NCBI GenBank assembly: GCA_012295275.1
Contig: CM022672.1
Coordinates: forward strand, 19,468,001 to 19,532,000
Origin: Chrysomallon squamiferum
Lineage: Eukaryota > Animalia > Mollusca
Reading direction: 5' to 3'
DNA: 64,000 bases
The notes beneath the pieces were generated by a model. It had not been told where the DNA came from, did no database searches, and saw nothing but the letters and a program-made list of their open reading frames with translations. The position numbers and the translations under genes were made by a program. Below are positions 42,569 to 54,288 of this stretch, in pieces (position 1 is the stretch's first letter; each line of letters begins with the position of its first letter).

Positions 42569-43563
42569 GTATGATTTTATGAATCACAGAATAAACTCCA
42601 CTTGTCTTTAATAGAGTAGGAGCTAGTGTTTCTGCTGGATGACTCACAGACTAAGATTCTGTAATTTTTCTCCCGGCCATCTGGAATTTTCATAGGAAAT
42701 CGTTAAATTTAATACATCCGCGGTAGAAAAAAAACCCGTACAAACAGTAATAAGTAAGTTCAGTGATTAAATAAATAAAAAAATAACTATAAAATGAAAT
42801 CATACATTTAATTAGTGCTGGAATTTTTAAACATATTCATTCAATAAATTAAAATAATTAAAACAGCTTCAAAAAAGAATATTCCTAGTCAGTGAAAACC
42901 ATTCTTTAACACACCCATACATACCAAATCAATAAATAAATAAATAAATTAATTAATATTAATTACTTTAAAAAGAAACATTCAAAACCAACTAATAGTA
43001 ACGGTTTTGATACACTGTTTGTGATAATTTCAGCAATAACTAAATCAGGTATAACATATTACTTATCATTTTAATTTAACGACAACTGCTATCAGGCTTG
43101 AAGTTTGTCAAAAACAAATGGACTCGTAATCCGTTACTATATGTATGAATTACTCAAAGTGCTTTCATGCTGAAGTTTACTATTATACAAGCAGGAAGTC
43201 AAACTTAACATCGAATGAACAGGTTTACACGAATATATCTATTTTTTTACTTTAATTTTTAATTAATTTTATCTTTTTCTAAGTTTTCTGTTAGAGGGAA
43301 GATGAATAATCTAGAAGTTTCGTCTTGAACTCGACAGTTGTAAATTTCTTAGCCAAAGAAACTTAGAAAGACGGGCATAGATTCTGTTACTTAAATAGTA
43401 TTTATAATGAAGTTGATCCCCTGACACAGTTATTGAATTAGACATATTTTAAATAAATCTTTTAATTTCTTTCGTTAACATTTTGATATCAGAGTTGCAA
43501 TGTTAATTGTTACTATTTTATTTTATTCTGATTATTATATAATGCCATGAATTATTATTATTA

Positions 43564-43619
<56 letters not shown>

Positions 43620-44061
43620 TTACCTTTCCCCACATTTATCACTAAAATACAGATACTTTCATTTTTGAAAATTTTCATTTCCTGCCCATTAGACAGATTT
43701 CAGAATTTTTTGAAGTCAAATTTGTTATATATTATAACCCTCTTTTAGATCAGTCAGTTTTGAGTGTCTGATAACAGATCAGTACGCCCACAATTGGATT
43801 TGACTCCAAAATGTTCTGTAATCTCTGGCAACAGCCTGGTGGGCGGGCAGCACTTGTACATTTTATGTATATACAGAAACATTTGGTTGTGATGTGATTA
43901 TTACAAGTAGAACAATTTGGGGATAAATACTTAGCAGTTAAATCATTACAGTGATGAACATACTTGTATAGACAAAATAATTATATGGACTCACATATAC
44001 AAGACAGAAAACGTATGGCAAACACATTTACATTCATGAATAAAATTACATATATCTGCAG

Positions 44062-44292
44062 ATGATGATGATGATCTAACTTCACTTCTAAGTAGAAATG
44101 CAATGGCACAGAACCATCCATCAGGTGCAAGACCAAAGAGATATATTCAGAGACCGCTTCGCAGATTTCGCATGCAGACAGATGAAGAAATAGCTAGGAC
44201 ACTGCAACAAGAAGAAGATATACGTATGTCTGATGAGCAGCTAGCACAATGTCTACAAGAAAATTTAAACATTTCTAATGATGCTGAACAAG
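44062..44292 (+). CDS. MIU-RING E3 ligase, coding exon 2
   Basis: CTGCAG acceptor; phase 1 joins exon 1 in frame. DDDDDLTSLLSRNAMAQNHPSGARPKRYIQRPLRRFRMQTDEEIARTLQQEEDIRMSDEQLAQCLQENLNISNDAEQ; donor G|GTAAAA. Confidence 0.85.
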
Positions 44293-44490
44293 GTAAAATA
44301 ATATTTATTTTCATTAACTCTTTGTATTTCAGATTTTATGCCAGATTTTGTAAATGCTTTTGGATTTAGAGGAAAGAAAATCTCTGAATATGTAATAAGT
44401 TTTCACTCAAATCACTTTCTTGGAATGATGATATTAAAGGTACAGAACTATTTATCTGGTTTCCAGAAAATCCAGAAAACTGGCCTGTTT

Positions 44491-44522
<32 letters not shown>

Positions 44523-45077
44523 GCTACTTTTGAATTAGGTGCACTTTGTTTTAGTTTCCATAATGGCAATTCATATGAAAGTGCTGCTGTATACAGGGAA
44601 TTCTATCACAATAAGTTATTATTTGTTGTATTTTACTCACATTTTCATTTATTACCATATCTAAAAGACTAGCAGAAACACAACTTACTAGTGAAAATTG
44701 AATTTTATACAGGTATTTTAATAATTTTAAGTGAATTAATAAAAATCAGATACTACTTTAGAAGTGTATTAATTAGTATTTGTTACAAGTTTATTTACAA
44801 GCTTTATTTTTCATTGTTTATATTTTATATTTTAAATAAAAATTTAGACTGTTTACAGGATTAACTGAATCAAACTGTGAATAAATAAGTAACTTAGTTA
44901 GTACATATAATTTAAGTAAAAAAAAAAAAAAATGGACTGATTAGTCAGGTATTTTGAAATCAATAGATCATGAAATGGTGATGAATTGGTCATTTGTGTC
45001 TTAAATTTCCAGAAATTGGTATTATAATTACAGATATGTTTTCAGTTAAAGAATTTGGTTCCATAGATTTATAGACT

Positions 45078-45115
<38 letters not shown>

Positions 45116-45437
45116 GTTGTAATGGTGCCAAACATTTTATATAACTGTACCTGATTTCCATAACAACATGAACCCTCCATATGTGACATCACTTTCATTT
45201 TCCCCAACTGCAGTTCTTTTGCATATAGTTTTAGCAACTGTTGATTAACTCTTATAGACAAGTTTGATTTTAAGTTTAACATATAAATTAATTAGTAAAT
45301 GTAGATGTTTATTTATATAAAATATTATTGTTGTTATGCAAAGCTAAGTTAAGATTGTGTCAACCATACATATCTAGTACACATGTAATACCTGGAAATG
45401 GCTTACATGGAAGTTTACAAACTGTATTTTTCAAAAG

Positions 45438-45553
45438 CTGCAGAACTTCAGCAAGAATTTACTCGATACCGGGGTATGACAGACGTTGATGCATTGCTGG
45501 CCAAACAGCTGCAGAAAGAAGAAGAACTGAAACAGAACAACAACAGACAACAG
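45438..45553 (+). CDS. MIU-RING E3 ligase, coding exon 3
   Basis: AAELQQEFTRYRGMTDVDALLAKQLQKEEELKQNNNRQQ; donor CAG|GTAGAA. The acceptor could be AAG at 45437 or CAG at 45443; both are in frame. Confidence 0.8.
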
Positions 45554-46319
45554 GTAGAATACATAGCACACAGGTGTACAGACATTAACAAATAAGCCAG
45601 AATTCTTTTATTTTTTTTTTCTTCTTCTTCTTCTTCTTCTTCTTATTTTTTTAAATTTGGATGAATAATAGCTTATTTTCTTCTTTTTAATATTGAATAC
45701 TAATTTTTATAAGGTAAGGTTAGTATTTTGATACATGTAAATGGTCATTTGCAAATATATAAAATGTGTTTAGGTCTTTCTCCTCACCATTATATATGTC
45801 CACATTAAAATGTAGTAGATTCACAGAATTCACTATATCAGTATGATTGTTTAGAAATGCAACTATTTAAAATTGTATCTAGAAAAAACCACAACAGGTT
45901 CAGGATCACTTTACTGACATTCCAAAATTTTGAAATCCGGGCAACAGAAATGGTGATACATTAAAGTTTTGGATACACAATTAAAATTATTGGATAAAAG
46001 ACCTGCAGACCATTAGTATAAGCTGTAAATGAAATATAAATGGAATTCATGAATTCTCAAGCTATCTTCTTGTATTCCAAAATCTGAAAGCACTTCAGGT
46101 CTCAACCTTTATGCAAAATAATATAAATGAAAGATTGTACTGTTTGATACATTCTGCTGTTTAATTTTTCCTTTCACACTTGTTGAATTCTAAATTTAGT
46201 AGAATAATCTTAATCGTTGTGGTGGTTTGTATTAAACAGTGTTCAACTTTCTGTGTCAGATTTAATTCAAAAATCACACTTAAAAGGGTTTTAAAAGCCC
46301 ATATGTCAAGTCCTTTCTG

Positions 46320-46480
46320 GTTAATTGCAAAATGCTGATTGAAAAAAGTAACATATGTTAGCAGCAGGTTTCCTTTCTCATTTAACTGTTTTCAGCTATC
46401 TTGATGTATCAAGAGTAGCTTCTGTTGATTTCCTTTCTTATTATCTGTATTGTTCATAAATGACTACGTGTCAACATACA
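46320..46480 (+). mobile_element. Degenerate SINE core fragment (MetaSINE/MESC-like)
   Basis: TGCTGATTGAAAAAAGTAACATATGTTAGCAGCAGGTTTCCTTTCTCA resembles the recalled core TGCTAATCGAAAAGAGTAGCCCATG..GGCAGCGGGTTTCCTCTCTCA of molluscan Meta-domain SINEs. From memory, not an alignment. Confidence 0.4.
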
Positions 46481-46513
46481 GTCAATTTAGAGGATAACAT
46501 TGATATATTTCAG

Positions 46514-46559
46514 CATCAACGATTAATGGCACCTCAGCTTGCAAACAGTCAAAGAGCAG
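46514..46559 (+). CDS. MIU-RING E3 ligase, coding exon 4 (46 nt)
   Basis: TTTCAG acceptor, HQRLMAPQLANSQRA, donor G|GTATGC. Supplies the phase 0 to phase 1 link needed for the next exon. Confidence 0.6.
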
Positions 46560-46920
46560 GTATGCCACTGCTAGGAATGCATCCTTTTTTATTTGAAAAC
46601 CTTGGTAGAGAAAGACCACGTAAGTTATGATTATTATTATATTTTTTTCATTTACTGCAAGGATGTTACAATTAATTACTGTTATGATAAACAAGATCTG
46701 TCCTTGTGTATGGAAGTTAGAGATATCAAGTCATAGAGTATCCACATTTGTCTGTTGACAATTACAGAAGTTTTGATTATTATATTTATTTTTTCATTAC
46801 TGCAAGAATGTCACAATTAATTACTGTTACAATAAGCAAGATCTGTTTTTGATAAGCAACATCTGTCTTTCACGCAGTTACTGAAGTTAGTGATTTTATG
46901 TTGTATTTTGATTGGACTAG

Positions 46921-46965
46921 GAAGGGTACCTCATGTACTACAAAGACTAATCACAGAGGTACAAG
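46921..46965 (+). CDS. MIU-RING E3 ligase, coding exon 5 (45 nt, phase 1-1)
   Basis: CTAG acceptor, GRVPHVLQRLITEVQ, strong donor G|GTAAGT. Confidence 0.6.
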
Positions 46966-47199
46966 GTAAGTTGTTTTTAAATTTAATTTTTTTTTTCATT
47001 TACTGCAAGGATGTTATGAATAATTACTGCTAATTATATGGTAAAGAAGATCTGTTCTTGTGTATGAAGTTACAGATTTCAGAGTAGCCACATTTGTTTT
47101 TCGACAATTACAGACATTAGTGATTTCTGTAGTACATTGATGTATTATGATACTACTGACTTATGTTGTATTTTGACAACAATTGTGGTGTGATTTCAG

Positions 47200-47282
47200 A
47201 ATTACCTGCAGGAGAGAATCATCCAGTACAATTACTCATGGCCAATGAACCTGAAAACTTTTTTGTTTTTATGAATTTAATG
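47200..47282 (+). CDS. MIU-RING E3 ligase, coding exon 6
   Basis: TTTCAG acceptor (alternative in-frame CAG at 47211), ELPAGENHPVQLLMANEPENFFVFMNLM, donor ATG|GTGAAT, phase 0. Confidence 0.55.
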
Positions 47283-47639
47283 GTGAATATTCTCTTTCTT
47301 TTCCAGTTAGAATGAATTTATAATTGTTTGAATTCAGTTAATGTACTAAACTTGGTGAAAAATGTAAAGAAGTGTAGTTAAAGGTTAACATACAGAAATT
47401 TGAAATCAATATTATTCCATTCCAAAGAGTTTTAAAAATATTATTATGTTAGCATTTTACATTTGAACTATTTAATTTATTTGCTTGTTTATTTATTTTA
47501 ATTTTTTAAGTTGTGTGTGTTGTGCTTTCTTTTTTCTTTCTTTTTTCTTTCTTTCTCTTTCTTTTCTCTCTCTTAACTGTGATAAAGACATGTTTAATTT
47601 CTGCAGTAATTTGTAAAAAAACATTCCATATCAGCCAAT

Positions 47640-48186
47640 GTGCCATCATTTGAATCATCAAAAGTCATGATACAGTTTTTCCTGTCATTGGAAAAGATCA
47701 TATAAAAGGTCACATACTGCTGATTGAGTAAAAAATAACCTGTTTAATCTTAACTTCTATTGTGATATGTTTATACTTTCCACCTGCATTAGTGCTTTCA
47801 TTTTTTGTTTTCTTGGGAACCATATCGGATAGGGTATAATAAAAAAAATACACGTAAAAGCAGCAGCACTTTAAAAAATGCAAGCGCATAATCTCAGTGA
47901 AAAAGCTATTGAGCTGCAACTGTATAGAATACTAAAGGCCCTAATTCATGATATATATTTGCTAAAGGGCAGGTCTATAATTCTTACTCGAGCTTGGTTT
48001 TGACTTGAGCATCTATTCTTATCTTTACTAGATGTTGATGTCAAAACTGAGAAAGCTTGTCATGGCGCATTGCTGTAGTTCGTAACTCATGACATTATTC
48101 ATAAACTGAGACGAAGATTGCCCAAGATATGGTTCATAATCCAATTTGTTCGTGCTTCGAAGCAATTGTAACCCAAGGTTCCACTG
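47640..48186 (-). mobile_element. Tigger/pogo transposon remnant (TIR plus decayed transposase N-terminus)
   Basis: Minus strand starts (TA)CAGTGGAACCTTGGGTTACAATTGCTTCG. Downstream, MVPKKTKNESTNAGGKYKHITIEVK (ATG 47823) resembles the start of the Tigger CENP-B/psq HTH. The left boundary is approximate. Confidence 0.65.
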
Positions 48187-48320
48187 TATATGGACATTAA
48201 CATGTTTATGTAGTTGCAAGTCCAGATTAAAATTTTTTTATTTTTAAAGTATAAAGTACATTGTTAAATAAAGTATTTCTTGCTTTTTAATTTTTTGTTG
48301 CTGTTGTTATCTTGCTCCAG

Positions 48321-48404
48321 CGTGATGCACAAATGCTTGCGGCTGTGTTGACAAATAACCATGGAAATATGGTTGTGCAAGATGTAGACCTTAACGATTA
48401 TGAT
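48321..48404 (+). CDS. MIU-RING E3 ligase, coding exon 7
   Basis: CTCCAG acceptor, RDAQMLAAVLTNNHGNMVVQDVDLNDYD, donor GTAAGT. Joins the next exon to give DYDALWDLAESLG, resembling the NYEALLNLAERLG pre-RING motif of RNF38/44. Confidence 0.85.
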
Positions 48405-48897
48405 GTAAGTTTTGTGTTTTATTATTTAAAAGTAAATCTAGAATTATTTATATCTACAGGACTAAGATAAAGTGAGAAGCAGATAGATAACAAAAACCAG
48501 TTTCATTTATGTCATAACTTTTATTTGCAGAAGGTATGTGATTGTATTATATAATGTTCTCATTTTTATTGTATTTTGGTTTAAAAAAAACTATGTAATT
48601 TGTGTGTGTGTGGGTTTTTTTTGTTTGTTTATTTTTGTAATAGATTGAAAGTAGGAATGAATGTTGATTATTTTAAAATCATGTGCTGAATTTATATGAT
48701 GTTTTTATGACAAATGTCAATCTTTTTCTTTTATATTTATGTTTTTATAATTTAATATATAAATATATAAATAATAAATAAAAGTTAATTATAGCTCATT
48801 CATTTTTTTTTAATTTTTAATTTTTTTTTTTTTTGTTCATAATATATAGACAGTAAGAAAATACAGATAATAATGACACTAAATAAATGACTTGTAG

Positions 48898-49113
48898 GCT
48901 TTGTGGGACCTAGCTGAAAGTCTAGGTGAAGTGAAGAACAATGGAATGACTGAAGAAGAACTGTCTGAATTGCCAACCCACCGCCACAGGGATAACAGTG
49001 CTAAGAATTCAGAGTGTCAGATATGTCTCTCGAAGTTTGAAAGAGGAGATGAGCTAAGAACATTGCCATGTACTCACGAATACCACACATCTTGTATAGA
49101 TGAGTGGTTAAAG
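48898..49113 (+). CDS. MIU-RING E3 ligase, coding exon 8 (RING-H2 core)
   Basis: ALWDLAESLGEVKNNGMTEEELSELPTHRHRDNSAKNSECQICLSKFERGDELRTLPCTHEYHTSCIDEWLK: C-x2-C..C-x-H-x2-H-x2-C plus the conserved W. TTGTAG acceptor, AAG|GTAAAT donor. Confidence 0.93.
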
Positions 49114-49449
49114 GTAAATTAAAATATCATACATTATAGTTAAATATATAATATATATTGTGCTACATAATTTATATGCATGTAGAGACAGAAATCTTTT
49201 TTTGGTTAAAGGTAAATTAAAATATCAAAACTAATATCAATACTAAGATATATGTATATGTGTATACACATTTTTTTAATTTCTATGTATTTAGAGATAA
49301 AGATTTTCATTTTTTTTTTTTTTTTTTTTGGTTGAAGGTTAATTAAAATATTAAAATGCATAATCATTATTTTTTTTACTTTATGAGTATTTAGATATTA
49401 AGGTATTTTTGAAAGATAGTTTTTATGGTTAAAGGTAAATTAAAATATT
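49105..49449 (+). repeat. Four-copy ~100-125 bp tandem repeat containing the exon 8 splice donor
   Basis: TGGTTAAAGGTAAATTAAAATAT at 49105, 49203 and 49426, with a variant TGGTTGAAGGTTAATTAAAATAT at 49329. Confidence 0.85.
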
Positions 49450-49754
49450 AAAAGATGTTAGAAATATATTTTTTAATTTATAAGGATTCAGAGAAAATTT
49501 TTATTTGTTTAATTTTTTTTAAGCATATAATGTATAGTACATCACATTTAAAAATATTACTTTACACCGATTACTTACACAGATTAAATCCAAACTGTGA
49601 TATCCTTTCCTTCACATCCAAAACTGTGCCTTAAAAAAACCAAAATATTTTAAAATGACATTTCAAACTAGGACTTGTTTGTTTTTAATTGTTTATAATT
49701 TAATATTTCTCTTTTTTTTTTCATTTTCTTTCTTTTTTTCTTTTTTTTTTGCAG

Positions 49755-49802
49755 AGAAATGCCACTTGTCCTGTCTGTCGAAATAACATCAAGTCAAACT
49801 GA
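49755..49802 (+). CDS. MIU-RING E3 ligase, last coding exon (completes RING-H2)
   Basis: Long polypyrimidine tract plus GCAG; RNATCPVCRNNIKSN-TGA supplies the last C-x2-C and the linchpin Arg. Confidence 0.93.
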   Translation, partial: RNATCPVCRNNIKSN

Positions 49803-50044
49803 GGAGAATCCAAGACACAATACCTGTGATAATTTACAAACAAACTAAAATATTTTTAATAAGTGTGTCCGTTTTTACAATCATTTTTTTAATATATTTA
49901 CACATTGTATTCTCCTTCAGTGAAGTTGTTTTAAAATATTGCACCTGAAAGCACTTGTTATTACCATGATTACTGAAAATATTATGATACACAAAATTTG
50001 TTGTATGGACTTTTAATATAAAGTTAGTTGTTTATGTCGTTTAA

Positions 50045-50582
50045 AGGGAAGTGCTTGGCGAAAAATAGCAAAATTTGAATGAATAAAATAGTTTTTTTTA
50101 ATTTTTGACATGAGCATTTAGAAAATGTACATAAAAAAATTTACGGGTTTTTAGCTAAAGTCAGTGTATATGCACAGACTACATAATAATGATGCATAAC
50201 ATAATCCCTGTAGCCATATTAAGTGGAAATATGGTTTATAAAATTTCTTCTTTTTTTTTTTAATCATCTGTTTTTTTGTACTTTTTTAAATTATTTCTTT
50301 TGAAGTATGTAAACAAATATTAATTTCTTTCTCTTATTTTGTAGAAATACATGACTATTATGAACCTGAGCAGTTTGAATAATATGTATTTACTGGTTTG
50401 ATTTGGAGAGGTTAATGAAATAATATTTTAAAAAAGCCAAAAATAAATATAACCATTTGTCATAAAAAAAAATTAAAAAATAATATTAATTTTTTTTATG
50501 GTAACAAAAGGGGATTATTTCCATCAAATTTCCATTCTGTAACTAGAAATACAGATTTTTTATTTTCGCCAAACATCTCCTC
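50045..50582. mobile_element. TTAA-flanked MITE (Kolobok-like termini) just downstream of the RING gene stop
   Basis: TTAA|AGGGAAGTGCTTGGCGAAAAATA ... TATTTTCGCCAAACATCTCCTC|TTAA: imperfect TIRs with TTAA on both sides. Purine-rich termini fit Kolobok rather than piggyBac (CCY). Confidence 0.65.
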
Positions 50583-53500
50583 TTAAAAATAATAAATAAT
50601 AATGATAATAGTTAATTATCTTTTCATATCTTTTTTTTTATGGTCTTTGTTTGATTTTAAAATTACATTTATAAGTTCAGGGATTTAAGTAATTTAAAAA
50701 GGTTATAATTTATCAAGTTAAAAAATATGAATGGTGAATTAGATATTATCGTGTACCTTTATTCAAAAAATTTGTATGAGACATTAACTGCTTATAGTAG
50801 TAATAAAGTTTTTATTGAAAAGTTTCAAACAAATGTTAAGATTTCATTGCCATTTGTGTGAGCTGTGATGATGCATTATAAATTTTTTAATATTTTTTTT
50901 TTTGACTATTTACTTATCTGTGTTTTTTAATTTAATTTTATTTTATTTAAAATTTCAATTTTCAAAGTATGAGGGTGATAATATATTTAATGGATGTTTC
51001 ACTTTCAATTTCGTTAGAGTAATAAATTTAAATGGAAATTAATATTTAACAGTTGAAGAAATTATGGGCTGTTTAAATCACACAGTGAATGAAAATGGTG
51101 CAGTAAATGAAGGTTATGTCAATAATAACTGGTGCAGAATTATACAGAAACAGTCCTAGCATATTTTGTTCTGTCTATATATAAGTTCATATATAATTTC
51201 TATTGTCTCAACACTTTAGTTACAGAATTAGCAGTGAAAAATTATCAAGCACATAAACAGATTTCTTGTTCTTTCTTTGATGCACATATTATGAATATGT
51301 ATTTATGTATATGTGTGTGTGTGTGTGCATATAGTTGTATATGTATATCTCTATCTATCTATCTGTGTGTGTGTGTATATATATATATATCATTAATATG
51401 GTTAAATTATATGATGCAAAGAGCTTTAAATTAGGCTTTGCTTCAAAATAAAATTAAAATAAATCCCAAAAAAGTATGACACAACTTGAAGCACATAAAT
51501 GCATTACTGTTTATGACTTATGATCATATATAGTAATTTCTACTTTCACTAGATTCCAAATCACTTAGGAACCCAAGCCATCCGAGTACATGTGTGTTTT
51601 TTGACCGATGACATCGAAAAGTACAGTATACAGGGCTTTAATTTAATTTTTTGAGCACTTGCCTTTCATATTTAAAAATATCATTATGTCATGTTTGCTG
51701 GGATGCAACAGTTCTATTTGTGACAGAATAAAACGGCAGCATTCAAATGTGTCCTAATTTGTTAATAAAAACAGGGTTAATGTAAAATGAAGAAAATAAT
51801 AACTTGTAAATACAAAAATATTTTTAGATCATTTAATGATTTTGCCACAAGTATTGTTTAATTAAATGTATACATATATGTGTGTATATATGGTACATTT
51901 GTTTATTATGTGAGAATTTCATAATATTTTTCTTTTTTATTCAAAATATACTTTTATAAAATGTTAAAAGTTAAAAAAAGACAATTAAGTTTTGATTTGT
52001 TTTGTTTTTTTTGTTTCTGTAATTTTGCTTTTTTACCATTTATGTTTATGGTTGTGAGTTTGAAATAGTGCATTGAAAAAAGTACAATATTAATATTAAT
52101 GTTAATTGTTCTATTCATTTTAAAATTTATATATATTGTTATTATTATTATTATTATTTTTTTTATAAATTAATTTATTTTTAATTTCATGGAGATAAAG
52201 AAATTGACATCAATGCAGTAAAATATCTGCCACAATACAAATACTTAATCAGTGTGTTTCTTGCTTGAACCAGTTAATAATCTCAAGAGACTATAAATTC
52301 TGTAATTATTAAAAGTAGGTAATGAATGATATCTGAGTAGTAAAACTAGTTACTTCACATAGCCTGGTTTATTATATGTGCTATATATTTGAATGGAATA
52401 AATATTAGTTTTATAACACCTCTGAATGGATTATTCTCACCAAAAACATATATTTTGTGTTTTCATGGATCTTTAGAAACACTTGTATGCAGTATGTAGC
52501 CTTAGATAAACTGCAGTTTAAACACAAATATCTGATATTTTATCTTTCTTTTGATGCAATCATTTGTCAAGTATTCATTGGCAATTACAACTTGGATATT
52601 AAAATGAAGTAATAAAAATTATTAAATAATATCTGAAATGGGAAACAGTAAATCCATAGGCTAATGTAAAAATACCAGTAAATCACTATCCTGTACTATA
52701 AACTGATTTTGGAGAAATGAGATTGAATGTGCTACAGCTACTGTTTAAATAGGGCTATTCTTGAAAGAGCAGTGTGCAAACTAATCCACAGGTTAATTTA
52801 TTTAAAGGAATTTTTTTCCATTTAGTTTCATGTTTTTGATTATTTAACATTCATAATATTCACTTCTGACATTTGCAAGTCAGTGTATCCTGGCACTCAG
52901 ATATTGTTAAACATTCAGCTGAAAGAATGAAATATAATTTTTAAACAATATTTATGTTCAGTCTGTTACCCTCTCTAATGTTATTTCTGAAAATTTCTAA
53001 TAAAATTTGTTAATCTGATATCAAGTAACAGGCATTCCAAGTCTACAATAAAAAAAATTCCAAAACTGTTTATGATTTGTTTTGATTATTTATTCATTCA
53101 ATTTTTACCAACGATACATAAATGAGTTAATTTATCCGAACAATTGATATAAAAAAAACAAGACAGGATTCTAGAGGCAATGTGTGAAGGCAAGAAATTT
53201 TGTTCAGCAGTTTAGAATTACATGCCTCTCTTCTGAAGCAAAACAACTTTTTTTCTTTTTTTAGGGGACAACTTAAATATTTATATATATATATATATAT
53301 ATGATGTAGGAATGTGTAATGGAACTAAACAATTTTGACATTAACATATTTGTCATTTTAAAAAATTACTGTCTATGGCCTTTAAAAATGTCAATTATTC
53401 AAAACATATAGAGCTGTGTTAGTTTGTATTTAAAAGCTATGATCTAAATAAATCCCAAAAACTACTCAGCACTATACAAAAATGTTTATTATAAAAATGT

Positions 53501-54159
53501 TTTTGTTAATAATTTTGTTAATTTGATTTGCTGTGAAAAAAGAGTGAGGAACTGTCAACATAATTTTTCAGAAGCACTATTAGCTGATACAGGTACTTAT
53601 TGCTTAGTTTACTATTTTTAAGGCACATAATTTTATTGTTACAAATAAAGAACATTGCTCTCTTATAAATGCTGTCAAGGTAAGTATATCAAATATTAGT
53701 GAAGGTAATGAAGTTACAATTCAGTTTTTATATTTATTATTATTTATTATTTAATTATAAAAATTAACAAAAATAGCCAATTGCAATAAATCTTATAATT
53801 TATCAGTTTTATATTTGTGAAATAATGAAAATCTGCAGTTTATATAGTTCTGATTTTAATTTTTTTTTTTCAAAATCCAATTAAAAAGCAAAGAGACTTT
53901 TCAAAGCCAAACATTTGGAAATATATTTTGCAGATATTGTTTAATTGTCTCTTAAAAAGGTTAACCTACAGAAATAAATGTTATGTTCCTTTCACGTCAT
54001 TAAATAAAATTTAATGATCACATTGCACCAGTGTCAGTTATTCAGCAGTAAGATATGAGTAGATGAAAAAGTTCCCAATACAATACCATAAAAAGATTAA
54101 AAAATTTAAAAAATGTAAGTTTGCTGCACTGGTAGCATCCAGAGAGCAACAAAGTGAGT

Positions 54160-54288
54160 CTATGGATGTGGTGTAAATCGAAGGTATGGCTTCCCTGAAG
54201 GAACTTTGGTTTCCTCAAATCCTTTTGGAAAGAGCTTTTTTGCTTCGTCATTACTAAGACTAGGAACCACCATGCACTTGTTGCCAGG
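54160..54288 (-). CDS. PRDX6: Peroxiredoxin-6 exon 6 (C-terminus)
   Basis: PGNKCMVVPSLSNDEAKKLFPKGFEETKVPSGKPYLRFTPHP-TAG; TTCCAG acceptor. Confidence 0.96.
   Translation of the reverse strand, partial: PGNKCMVVPSLSNDEAKKLFPKGFEETKVPSGKPYLRFTPHP

Larger units (their letters stand above)
42328..49802 (+). other. Gene model: multi-MIU RING-H2 E3 ubiquitin ligase (RNF38/RNF44-like C-terminus), 9 coding exons, ~369 aa
   Basis: Exons 42328-42568, 44062-44292, 45438-45553, 46514-46559, 46921-46965, 47200-47282, 48321-48404, 48898-49113 and 49755-49802 all have GT/AG sites with compatible phases and sum to 1110 nt with no internal stop. Confidence 0.8.

Noticed and set aside
49105-49449. CRISPR-like repeat-spacer array
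   Set aside because: Eukaryotic intron; the inter-repeat sequences are long and related to each other, and there are no cas genes.
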